Assembly: GCA_963739595.1 (NCBI GenBank)
Contig: CAVUBA010000025.1
Coordinates: 19,200-83,199 of the forward strand
DNA length: 64,000 nt
Direction of reading: 5' to 3'
Source: an uncultured Thermoleophilia bacterium
Lineage (GTDB): Bacteria; Actinomycetota; Thermoleophilia; UBA2241
In this document: in pieces, positions 9,396-19,000 of the stretch
How positions within the stretch are numbered: position 1 is the first letter of the stretch
How the letters are laid out: the number at the start of each line of letters is the position of its first letter
Translations under genes and position numbers: made by a program
The notes under the pieces: generated by a model
Told to the model about the DNA's origin: nothing
Seen by the model: the letters and a program-made list of their open reading frames with translations, nothing else
The model's database searches: none

Positions 9396-10602
9396 TCAGA
9401 CCGGCAGCTCCTCGTCCGCCGGCAGGTCGACCACGCCCCACGGCGTGCCGTGCTTCGGCATCAGCTCGAGGAACGGCGCCGGGTCGATCTGCTCCGGGGC
9501 GAAGACGCCCGTGCCCCGGCACCTGGCCCCGGGCCAGCATGATGCCGGCGCAGGCGGCCGGCACGCCGGTCTGCCAGCCAGTGCCCTGCACGCCGTGCTT
9601 CTCGTAGGCATCGTCGTGTGACGTGATCTGGTACATGTAGCGGCGCACGCGCTTGCCGCCGATCGTGCCCTCCGCCAGCGTGCCGACGCACACCGCGCCG
9701 TGCATCTTGCCGATCAGGTCGACCGACTTGGGCAGCCGTGAGACGAGCAGGTCCAGCGGCCGGAAGCGGCAGCCATCGAACTCGATCTCCTTGTTGTGGT
9801 CGAACCCGAGCCGGCGCCACGCCAGCAGCAGGTTGGCCCAGTCGGGGTCGAGCGCGATGAAGAAGTCCGCGTTCCTGAGGCCCTTGTCGCCGCAGAAGAG
9901 CGGCATCAGCTGCGACTCCTCGTGGTCCACGTTCCACACCTTGAGCGTGCCGACCGGATCGGGGAACGTGAAGTCGAAGTTCTTCGAGAGAGACTGGCGC
10001 CGGATGATCCTGCCGTTCTCGTAGGCGTGCGGCGGCAGGATCAGGCACTCCTCGACCATGGTCGTCGGCGAGAAGCTCGGGGCGTAGTCCACGCCCTCGG
10101 CGCTCGAGTTGTCGCCGTCGAGCACCATCAGCCGCTCGACGGTGTCGAACTGGTCGTAGAGGGCGCGCGCGAACACGTCGCTTGCGCCCGGGTCGATGCC
10201 GAAGAAGACGAGACCGGTGAGGCCGGCCTTCTTGAACTCGTCGCTGAGCGCCAGCTCCTCGTCGACGTCGGCCGTGCCGACCACGTCGCGCGGCCCGGCG
10301 GCGGCCATGTCCAGGTAGTGCGTGCCGGCCTCGAGGCAGGCGGCCATGACGTCGAGGTTCACCTCGGGGATCAGCCCGTTGATCACCAGGTCGACTCCCG
10401 CCAGCGCCTTGACCAGCGCCTCCTTGTCGTGGACGTCGAGCTGCAGGACCTCCGCCTTGCCGGCGGGGAGCTTGCCGGCGACCACCTGCGGCCGCGCCGC
10501 GTCGATGTCGGCGAGGACGACCGCCTCCACCTCCGGCACGCTCGCCACCGTGCGCGCCGTGACTTCGCCCACCGAGCCGACGCCTAGTTGAAGTACTCGC
10601 AT
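9396..10602 (-). CDS. Saccharopine dehydrogenase family (NAD(P)-binding) oxidoreductase, with a frameshift near 9520
   Basis: MRVLQLGVGSVGEVTARTVAS...VINGLIPEVNLDVMAACLEAGTHYLDMA matches the Sacchrp_dh NADP-binding fold. The C-terminus continues in another frame (GVFAPEQIDPAPFLELMPKHGTPWGVVDL). GGAGGGA RBS 8 nt upstream of ATG 10602. Confidence 0.75.
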
Positions 10603-10669
10603 GACTGGGGATCCCTCCTCCGTGGCGCCCGCCGGCCGCTGCGGCCGCAGCGGTCGCCTGCTCCGTTCC

Positions 10670-10688
10670 TCAGTGATGCTGTCACTGA
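10670..10688. promoter_or_regulatory. Perfect 7-5-7 inverted repeat TCAGTGA-TGCTG-TCACTGA in the divergent intergenic region. Operator candidate.
   Basis: Read directly from the sequence. It lies in the 180 bp region between the dehydrogenase operon start (10602) and the HTH-GAF regulator start (10782). The region is locally AT-richer, and TTGACA occurs at 10724-10729. Confidence 0.4.
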
Positions 10689-10781
10689 TCAATGCATTTT
10701 GCAGGGAATGTTCATGAACGGACTTGACAGGTGAGCAAGTTGGAACTTCAACATTACTGACAGTTACGACCGGGAGGCATC

Positions 10782-11921
10782 GTGGCGTACCTCAACGTCC
10801 AGCGGGCCGCGCTCCGTCTGGGGGTGGCTCCGCACACCGTGCGCAGGTGGACGGCGAGCGGCCTGCTGCCGTGCACGCGCACGGCCGGCGGGCACCGCCG
10901 TATCCGCGAGGAGGACGTGGACGCGCTCGCCCAGCAGATCGGCGGGAGCACGCACCTCGAGGCTCGCCGCGCGCGCGAGCGCGAGGTCGAGACGCTGCTC
11001 GAGACCACGCTCGCGCTCGTCGGGCAGCTGGACCTGCCCGACCTGCTCAAGGAGATCGCCGAGCGCCTCACCCGGCTCATGGACTGCAACTTCTGCGCCA
11101 TCTCGACCTACGACGTGACGGCGCAGACCGTGCTGATGCTCGCCGACTTCGACGACACCGGCCGGCGCCTGCCGGACGTCGAGGCGTACTCGCTCTCGAC
11201 GCTCCCGCTCACACGCCGCGTGCTCGAGGAGCAGGTGCCGGCGGTGGTCAACGTCGGCGACCCCGCCGCCGACCCGCACGAGCTGCGCGAGCTCGTGCGG
11301 CGAAGGCGACAAGAGCCTGCTGATGGTGCCGCTCGTGTTCCGCGGCGAGTCCATCGGCCTCGTCGAGCTGATGGACCATGGGCGCGAGCGCCGCTACTCG
11401 CGGCAGGAGCTGCGCATCTGCACGGCGGTGGCCGGCCAGGCGGCCGTGGCCCTGCACAACGCGCAGCTGTTCGGCCAGGCGCGCACGCGCCACACGCGAG
11501 ATCGACCGGTCGTGCGAGCGAGCTCGACGACGTAGGGGACGCGCTCGCGGGCTCGGCGAGGCGCAGGACGCGCGGCGCGCTGCTGGACGCGACGGCGCGC
11601 GCCGCCTGCGAGCTCCTCGGAGCTTCGAGCTGCGTCGTCACGGCGCGCGGGCTGAGCGCCGGCCACGCCGCGGGCGGGGCGCACGACCCGGCCGCCGCCG
11701 GCACTCGCGGGCCGGGCGCCGCGGACGGCTGGCGGCTCGGGGCCGTCCCCGGCGCCGAGCTGCTCACCGTACACTCCGCCAGGGGCGAGGAGGTCGCCAT
11801 GACGGTGTCGCTGCCGCGCGGGTCACGTCGCGGCGAGGATCACGTCCTGCGCCTCCTCGCCGCCGCCACGGCCGCCCAGCTGCGCCGGCTCCCGCCGCGC
11901 CGGGCCTCGGGCAGCCGGTGA
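10782..11921 (+). CDS. Transcriptional regulator: excisionase/MerR-like HTH plus two GAF domains, with a frameshift near 11300
   Basis: N-terminal LGVAPHTVRRWTASGLLPCTRTAGGHRRIREEDVDAL is the HTH. GAF: LKEIAERLTRLMDCNFCAISTYD...KSLLMVPLVFRGESIGLVELMD in a second frame. Second GAF-like C-terminus. GGGAGG RBS before GTG 10782. Confidence 0.7.
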   Translation: MAYLNVQRAALRLGVAPHTVRRWTASGLLPCTRTAGGHRRIREEDVDALAQQIGGSTHLEARRAREREVETLLETTLALVGQLDLPDLLKEIAERLTRLMDCNFCAISTYDVTAQTVLMLADFDDTGRRLPDVEAYSLSTLPLTRRVLEEQVPAVVNVGDPAADPHELRELVRRRRQEPADGAARVPRRVHRPRRADGPWARAPLLAAGAAHLHGGGRPGGRGPAQRAAVRPGAHAPHARSTGRASELDDVGDALAGSARRRTRGALLDATARAACELLGASSCVVTARGLSAGHAAGGAHDPAAAGTRGPGAADGWRLGAVPGAELLTVHSARGEEVAMTVSLPRGSRRGEDHVLRLLAAATAAQLRRLPPRRASGSR

Positions 11922-12186
11922 CCCGTCGCGGCCGTTCCTGCTCAATCCTCAGCGTCCGCGTCCGTTCCTGTCCAGCCCTGCTCAGGCGTTTGACGGCCCC
12001 CCGGGGCCGCCTACGCTGGGTCACATGAGGACCTGGCACGACATCCACGACTCCTGGAGCACGCCGCGCGGCTGGACCGGCTGCGCGATCGGCCCCGCCA
12101 TCCCTCCCGACGGGGTCTGACCCGTCGTACCGCGCCCGGCGGACTTCGCCCGGCGCACCTTGCTCGCCACCGGGAGGGTGGTCCCC

Positions 12187-13617
12187 ATGCACGCATCACG
12201 CACGTCCGCGTCACGTCACCTCGCACGCGGCCCTGAACATCACTGCGGGAGACGAGACCCGCGCCGTTCTGGCTTGACGCAGCGGAGGCGCCGGCGCCGC
12301 GGCCGGCGCTCACCGGCGCCGTCGGCTGCGATCTCGCCGTCGTCGGCGCCGGCTTCACGGGCCTGTGGACGGCGCTCCTCGCCAAGCAGCAGGACCCCGG
12401 CCTCGACGTCGTCGTCCTCGAGGCCGGCGCCGTCGGCGGGCAGGCCAGCGGCCGCAACGGCGGCATCTGCATGGCCTCGCTCACCCACGGCTTCGCGCAG
12501 GGCGCCGAGCTGTTCCCCGCGGAGAACGCGGCGGCTGGTCGAGCTCGGCGACGAGAACCTCGACGCTATCGAGCGGACGGTCCGCGAGCTGGGCGTCGAC
12601 TGCGGCTGGGAGCGCACCGGCGAGATGGAGGTCGCGACCGCGCCGTGGCAGGTGGACGGCCTGCGCGAGCAGTACGAGCAGGGGCGCGCCGCCGGCTCGC
12701 CCGGCACGTGGCTGGACGGGGAGGAGCTCCGCGCGGAGATCCACTCGCCCACCTATCTCGCCGGGCACTGGCACCACGACGCGGCCATCCTCGACCCGGC
12801 GCGTCTCGCGTGGGGCCTGGCGCGTGCCTGCGAGGAGCGCGGCGTGCGCATCTACGAGCGCACGCCGGTCACCTCCATCGGACGCGTCCCCGGGGGCGTT
12901 GGTCTGCCGACTCCGTGGGGCGCGGTGCGCGCCCAGCACGTCGTGCTTGCCACCAACGCGTTCCGCCCGCTGCTCCGCCGCCTGCGGCTGCACGTCGTTC
13001 CCGTGTACGACTACGCGCTGATGACCGAGCCGCTGACGCCCGCCCAGCTCGAGTCCATCGGCTGGCCGCGCCGGCAGGCGCTGGCGGACGCCGGCTACCT
13101 GTTCCACTACTACCGGCTCACCGAGGACCAGCGCATCCTCTGGGGCGGCTGGGACGCCCTGTACTACCGTGGCCGGCGCATCCGCGGGGAGTACGAGGAC
13201 CGGCCCGACCTGCACGCCAAGCTGGCCGGCCACTTCTTCACCACGTTCCCGCAACTCGAGGGGGTGGGCTTCACGCACCGCTGGGCCGGCGTGATCGACA
13301 CCTGCTCGCGCTTCTGTCAGTTCTGGGGCACGGCGCTCGACGGGCGGGTGGCCTACGTGCTCGGCTACACCGGCCTGGGCGTCGCCGCCTCCCGGTTCGG
13401 CGCGCGCGTGGCGCTCGACCTGGCGCTCGGGAGGCGCACGGAGCTCACGGAGCTGGACTTCGTGCGCTCCCGGCCGCTGCCGTTCCCCCCGGAGCCACTG
13501 CTCTTCCCGATGATCGAGGTGACCCGCGTGTCCACCGAGCGCGCGGAGTCGCACGGTGGTCGCCGCAACGCCTGGCTGCGGACGCTCGACCGGTTCGGCC
13601 TCGGCTTCGACTCCTAG
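12187..13617 (+). CDS. FAD-dependent oxidoreductase (DAO family; DadA/PuuB-like), with two apparent compensating frameshifts in the first 350 bp
   Basis: GGGAGG RBS 9 nt before ATG 12187. The Rossmann motif DLAVVGAGFTGLW...VLEAGAVGGQASGRNGGI is in frame 0 (about 12260-12530). The rest of the protein (ENLDAIERTVRELG...HRWAGVID) is in frame 1. Confidence 0.7.
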   Translation: MHASRTSASRHLARGPEHHCGRRDPRRSGLTQRRRRRRGRRSPAPSAAISPSSAPASRACGRRSSPSSRTPASTSSSSRPAPSAGRPAAATAASAWPRSPTASRRAPSCSPRRTRRLVELGDENLDAIERTVRELGVDCGWERTGEMEVATAPWQVDGLREQYEQGRAAGSPGTWLDGEELRAEIHSPTYLAGHWHHDAAILDPARLAWGLARACEERGVRIYERTPVTSIGRVPGGVGLPTPWGAVRAQHVVLATNAFRPLLRRLRLHVVPVYDYALMTEPLTPAQLESIGWPRRQALADAGYLFHYYRLTEDQRILWGGWDALYYRGRRIRGEYEDRPDLHAKLAGHFFTTFPQLEGVGFTHRWAGVIDTCSRFCQFWGTALDGRVAYVLGYTGLGVAASRFGARVALDLALGRRTELTELDFVRSRPLPFPPEPLLFPMIEVTRVSTERAESHGGRRNAWLRTLDRFGLGFDS

Positions 13618-13836
13618 CCCTACGGCTCGTCGATGGCCGCGCCGAACACCTCGGTGCGGCGGTCCACGTCGGCCGCGCTCGTCGCCGGGCACATCAGCGC
13701 CACTGTCCGTGGGACGCCGGGCGGGATGGTGGTCACGTTCACCGGCCTGAGCTGTAGAGTGCGGTGTCGAACGTTCAGTCAGTGTTACGGCGCGGCTCCG
13801 CGGTCCGCCGCGGGCGGCCGGCGGAGGTGAGGACGG

Positions 13837-14442
13837 GTGAGGCGCGAGGAGTGGGCCCGGATCCGGCGCCGCGAGATGCTGGCCGCCTACTACCAGGTGC
13901 TCAAGGACGAGGGCCTGCAGGGCGCGTCCATCGCCAAGATCGCCAAACGCATCGACGCGCCTCCGAGCCTGCTCATCCACTACTTCGGCACCAAGGAGCA
14001 GATGACGATCGAGCTGGTCGACTACCTGCTCGAGGAGTACCGCCACGGCTACGGCGACCGGCTCGCGGCCATCGCCGACCCGCGCGAGCGGCTCATCGCC
14101 ATCCTGGACACGTTCTTCGACCCCGAGTACCACCAGCTGCTCGACGACAGCGTCTTCTACGCCTGCTTCTACGTCAGCCTGCGGCATCCGGCGGTGCGCA
14201 AGAGCTACGCGGCCCTGTACGAGGCGTCGCTCGAGCTCGTGGAGACGACGCTCGCCGAGTGCATGGCCGCCGGCCACGTGGCCGGCGACGACGCCCACGA
14301 GCTCGCCGTCACCGTCAAGGCCCTGGAAGAGGGCTACGCGTTCCTCATCGGCGGCGGCGCCGACGAGGCCGCCAAGGCCGAGATCGGCAGCGTGCTCAAG
14401 AAGCGCGCGCTGCAGCTGCTCGGCCTCGCCGTCCCCGCCTGA
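13837..14442 (+). CDS. TetR/AcrR-family transcriptional regulator
   Basis: LQGASIAKIAKRIDAPPSLLIHYFGTKEQM is the TetR HTH signature. Intact 201 aa. Confidence 0.85.
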   Translation: MRREEWARIRRREMLAAYYQVLKDEGLQGASIAKIAKRIDAPPSLLIHYFGTKEQMTIELVDYLLEEYRHGYGDRLAAIADPRERLIAILDTFFDPEYHQLLDDSVFYACFYVSLRHPAVRKSYAALYEASLELVETTLAECMAAGHVAGDDAHELAVTVKALEEGYAFLIGGGADEAAKAEIGSVLKKRALQLLGLAVPA

Positions 14443-14595
14443 CCGCGCCGCTCCGGCCTCCGCCGCGTCGACAGCGAGCGTCGAGAGCCGAAGCGCGAGC
14501 CGCGTCGTCGTGGGGGCAGCGGCGCATGCGGCGCGGACGCGCGCGCTGACTGTGGAGTGCACCTCCGGCGCCCCCACGACCGGCCCGCTGCGTAG

Positions 14596-15423
14596 CTAGT
14601 TCAGGCCGAAGCGGTGCATGTCCTGCTCGCCGGCGCCGAAGTAGTGCGCCGTCTCGTGCAGGACGGTGATGCGGATCTGCTCGGCCAGCTCGTCGTCGTC
14701 CGGCACCTCGCGCTCGAGGTTGCGCTGGAACAGGTGGATGACGCCGACGTCGGGCCCCGGGCCCAGCACGGACTGGTCCGGCAGGGCGATACCGTGGAAG
14801 AGGCCCAGGGTGCGCGGATCGAGTCCCTCCAGCACCAGCGCCTCCGAGGGGTGGTCCTCGACGAAGATGGGGACGTTGCCGAGCCGCGCCAGGATCTCCG
14901 GCGGCAGCTCGTCGAGGGCGTCGCCGGCCAGGCGCTCGAACTCCTCCGGGGCCATGCGCGGTGTGGGGCCGTCGTTGGACTGGTCGAGGCGCAGGGTGGC
15001 CAGCCACTCCTTGACCATGCCCTTGGAGTCGCCCTTCTCCTCGCAGGCGATGCCGAGCAGGTGGCGCGCGTCGGCTTCGTCCAGCGGGTCGAGGCGCGGG
15101 CCGGCGAGCAGTTCGCGCAGCAGGCGCGCCGCCTCGCCGGGCTCACCGAAGTCGATGTACACCTCGGCCGACCCCAGCCAGGGCTCGGGGTCGTCGGGGT
15201 CGGCCTCGCTCCAGCGACGGTACGCCTCGAGCGCGGCCTCAGGCTTGTCCTGCTCCCGCGCCAGCGACGCCTCCAGCTCGATGACGGCAGGATCGTCGGC
15301 GGCGGCTTCTCGCGCCGTGCGCAGCGCGCGCTTCACGGCGCGCAGGTCGCCCTCCTCGAGCGCCTCCCAGGCGTCGTCGAGGAGTCGCTCCAGTTCGGGG
15401 TCGTGTCCGGTCTCGTCGGTCAT
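14596..15423 (-). CDS. Metallopeptidase-family protein (zincin-like, DUF1025-type) with an N-terminal TPR-like helical region
   Basis: C-terminal VGVIHLFQRNLERE...ITVLHETAHYFG has an HExxH-like metal-binding context typical of this family. Start ATG at 15423. Confidence 0.65.
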   Translation of the reverse strand: MTDETGHDPELERLLDDAWEALEEGDLRAVKRALRTAREAAADDPAVIELEASLAREQDKPEAALEAYRRWSEADPDDPEPWLGSAEVYIDFGEPGEAARLLRELLAGPRLDPLDEADARHLLGIACEEKGDSKGMVKEWLATLRLDQSNDGPTPRMAPEEFERLAGDALDELPPEILARLGNVPIFVEDHPSEALVLEGLDPRTLGLFHGIALPDQSVLGPGPDVGVIHLFQRNLEREVPDDDELAEQIRITVLHETAHYFGAGEQDMHRFGLN

Positions 15424-15578
15424 GCCGCTACTGTACCCCGCGCGGGGACCAGGGCACAGCGAGGAGGTGCGTCCAGCCGCCGCACTCCCTCGCGTCGCCG
15501 CGTACGAAGACGCGTCAGCCCCTTGCATCGTCACCCGTATGTCGTCAGAATCGGGGAGGGCCGACAAGGAGGTCGGTC

Positions 15579-16022
15579 GTGGCGTACACGTACAAGCCGC
15601 GTGACCCGCGTGGGAAGCTGCGCGAGGTCACCACGAAGTGGACGGCGTCCATGCGCGTGGCCGGACGCGCGCCCAACTGCGGCGTCGTGTTCGGCGACGA
15701 CGCTCCACCCGCCGACGGGCCGCCGGCCCGCGGATGGCTGGTCGGCGACCGGCGCCCGGGGGCGACCGGCGACCGCTACCTGATCCTGGACGACGGCGAC
15801 GTCTGGCGCGCGCGTGCCGGCGCCTCTCCGGCCCTCGACGCCGCGGTGACGGCCTGGCTGGCGGCGCCCGACGACGATCTGGTCATGCTCCTGGCGCGCG
15901 CGCTCGGCGACGCGCGTCTCGGCGGCGCCGGTTGGCTCGAGACCACCGGCGGCGTCGAGCGCGTCGGCGAGCGCCGGCAGGAGCCCAAGTCCCACGATGG
16001 CCCGGAGCGGCGCGGCAGCTGA
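15579..16022 (+). CDS. Hypothetical protein (147 aa) just upstream of the giant activase-like gene
   Basis: Perfect SD AAGGAGG (15566-15572), 6 nt spacer, GTG 15579. No recognisable family. Protein-like composition in its N-terminal half. Confidence 0.5.
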   Translation: MAYTYKPRDPRGKLREVTTKWTASMRVAGRAPNCGVVFGDDAPPADGPPARGWLVGDRRPGATGDRYLILDDGDVWRARAGASPALDAAVTAWLAAPDDDLVMLLARALGDARLGGAGWLETTGGVERVGERRQEPKSHDGPERRGS

Positions 16023-16086
16023 GGCGCGGATCGAGCGGCCGTCCGATGGTGAGCGCCCGCCCCGCTGCTCTGATATAAGCAGAAGC

Positions 16087-19000
16087 GTGAACTACCCCTC
16101 CGCAAGCCCCCGCGCAGACGCGGGACATGGCTACGGCGCGCCTTGCGGCCCGCCGCTCTTCGTCGGCGCCGACCTGGGCAAGGTGACCACCTCCCTGGCG
16201 GTCGGCGAGCTCGGCGCGGACGGCGAGCTGCGCGTGCTGGAGACCCGGGCGGAGCGTCACCTCGGCGACCCCCTCCGCCCCTTCCTCGAGCTCTACCGGG
16301 AGCTGGACGCCGGCCGGCTGGCGGGGATCGCCGCCACCGGCGTCTACGGCGAACGGCTCGGCGAGCCCGCCCTCGGCGGCGTGCCCGAGGAGATCGCCCA
16401 GGAGCAGGCCGCCGCCTGGCTGTACCCGGACGGACCGCTCAACCTCGTCCGGGTCGGCGGCGGCGGCTACTCGGTGCTCACGCGCGACGCCGCCGGGAAC
16501 GTCCGCTACGAGGCCAACGAGCGCTGCTCGGCCGGCACCGGTGAGACGGTCGAGGGCCTGTGCGCCCGGCTCGGCCGCTCGCTGGAAGAAGCCGTGGAGC
16601 TGGCCGAGGCCAGCCCGGACGGCGTCACCGTCACCAGCCGCTGCGCCGTGTTCGCCAAGAGCGAGCTCACCCACTTCGCCAACCAGGGCGAGCCGCACGG
16701 CCGCATCTTCCGCGGGCTCTTCGAGGGTGTCGCCCGCAACGTCCACAGCCTCTACGACAAGAGCAAGATCGACGGCCCCGTGGTGCTCATCGGGCACGGG
16801 GCCCTGATCGGACCCATCGCCACCGGCATGGCCGGGCTCAGCGACGCGCCGGTCGAGGTCGCGGAGCAGGCCGGCGTGTTCGAGGCGCTCGGGGCGCTGC
16901 GCTTCGCGGCGTCCGGCGCCGGCGAGGACGCGGCCGGAGCACGGCGCGCCGCGGCGGCCGGGAGCGGCCGGCCGCAGGGCGGCTTCCCGGCCGACCCGCA
17001 GGAGCTCGTGCGCCCCGTGCGCAGCCGCATCGGGCGCCTCGAGCCCGCGCGCGAGGGACCCGGCTCCGTCGTGCGCCTCGGCGACGCGCCGGCGGGATCC
17101 GCGGCCGGCGACGAGACCGCTCCGGCGGTGCTCGGCCTCGACCTCGGCTCGACCGGCTCCAAGGCCGCGCTCGTCGACGCCGCCTCCGGCGCCGTGCTCG
17201 CGAGCGTCTACCGGCGCACCGAGGGCAACCCCGTCGAGGCGGCTCAGGCGCTCGTCGCCGAGGTCGCCGAGATGATGCGCAACCCCGTGGTGGCCGTCGG
17301 GCTCACCGGGTCCGGCCGCGACGCCGCGGCCACCGTCTTCCGCGCCGCCTTCCCCGGCCTGGGCGGGCGACTCATCGTGCAGAACGAGATCGTCGCCCAC
17401 GCCACCGCGGCCGCCGCGCTCGACCCGGACGGCGGCCGCAGCCTCTCCATCGTGGAGATCGGCGGCCAGGACGCCAAGTTCATCAACGTCGAGAACGGCC
17501 GCGTCGTCGACGCCGACATGAACCGTGTGTGCAGCGCCGGCACCGGCTCGTTCCTCGAGGAGCAGGCGATCGCCCACGGCGTGGACGACATCGCCGAGTT
17601 CGGGCAGCTGGCCGCGCTGAGCGACGGTCCGCCCGACCTGGGCCAGACGTGCACGGTCTTCGTGGCGGACGTCGCCGCCGAGGCGCTCGGCGACGGCTTC
17701 AGCCGCGAGGACATCTTCGCCGGCCTGCAGCACTCGGTCGTGCGCAACTACCGCAGCCGGGTGATGGGCCAGCGCCGGCTGCTGGACCGGGTGTTCTTCC
17801 AGGGCAAGCCGGCGACGGACCCGGCGCTGGCGCGCACGCTGGCGGCGGTGCTCGAGCGCGAAGTGGTCGTGCCGGCGGACCCGGGCGCGATGGGCGCCGT
17901 GGGCATCGCGCTGCTGGCGGCGAGAGCCGTGGGCGCCGCGGGTCGCGGGCGGCAGCGCGGCGCCGAGGCGCCGGCGATCGACCTGGCCCGGGTGCTCGAC
18001 GCCCGCGTCGCCGGCCGTCGCGAGTTCCAGTGCGGCGACCGCGACTGCCTGAACAGCTGTCACCTGGAGCTGGCCGAGATCGACGTCGGCGGCGCCGTGC
18101 AGAAGATCGTGAGCGGCGGCCAGTGCCCCAAGTACGACGCCGTGTCCGCCGCCGGCGACAAGCTCCCCAAGGACGCGCCCAACCCCTACCGGGAGCGCGA
18201 AGCGCTGCTGCGGTCGCTGCTGGACGAAGAGACGGGCGACGAATCCGGGCCGGGCGGCGCCGCCGGTGAGGCCGCCGGCGTCGCGCAGCTGATCGGCCTG
18301 CCCTACGCGCACTATCTGATCGACACGCTGCCGTTCTTCGACACGCTGCTGCGGCGGCTGGGCTACCGTGTGGAGATCCTGCGGCCGGGCCGCGACACCC
18401 TCGCCGAGGGCGACCGGCGCTGCGCCGCCCCGGGCGCCTGCGCGCCGGTGAAGCTGCTGCACGGCCTGGCCGCCGCCGACGTGGACGTGTTCTTCGCGCC
18501 GATCTTCGTGCACCTGCCCCTGCAGAACGCCGGCGCGCAGACCTACACGTGCCCCATGGCGCAGGGCGCGCCGGACATGGTGGGGCTCGCGCTGCACGCC
18601 GAGGGCGCCCGCGCCCGCGTGCTCCGTCCCGCGCTCTTCGAGAGGGAAGGCGACGGGTTCGACGCGCCGCGCGTGCGGCGCTCGATCTCCCTCGCGATGC
18701 GCGCCCTGGCCGACAGCGCCGGCGACGGCGCGCCGCTGACGCCCGCCGTGTTCGACGAGGCGTATGAGGCGGCCGTCGACGCCCAGCGCCGCTTCGAGGC
18801 CGGGCTGCACGCCATCGGCGAGCGCGCGCTCCGGTGGGCGCGGGGCCACGGCTACCCCGTGGTGCTGATCGCCGGTGAGACGCACGTCATCCACGACGCC
18901 GTGCTCGACGCCGGCATCCACGAGCTCGTGGCCGCCAACGGGGCGCTCCCCCTGCCGGTGGACTGCTACCCGACGCCGGAGAACGTGTCCGGGATGGAGC

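Noticed and set aside
16128-16190. ATG at 16128 as the start of the giant gene
   Set aside because: It is out of frame with the ATPase domain and terminates after 19 codons. The in-frame GTG at 16087, or ATG 15997, is used instead.
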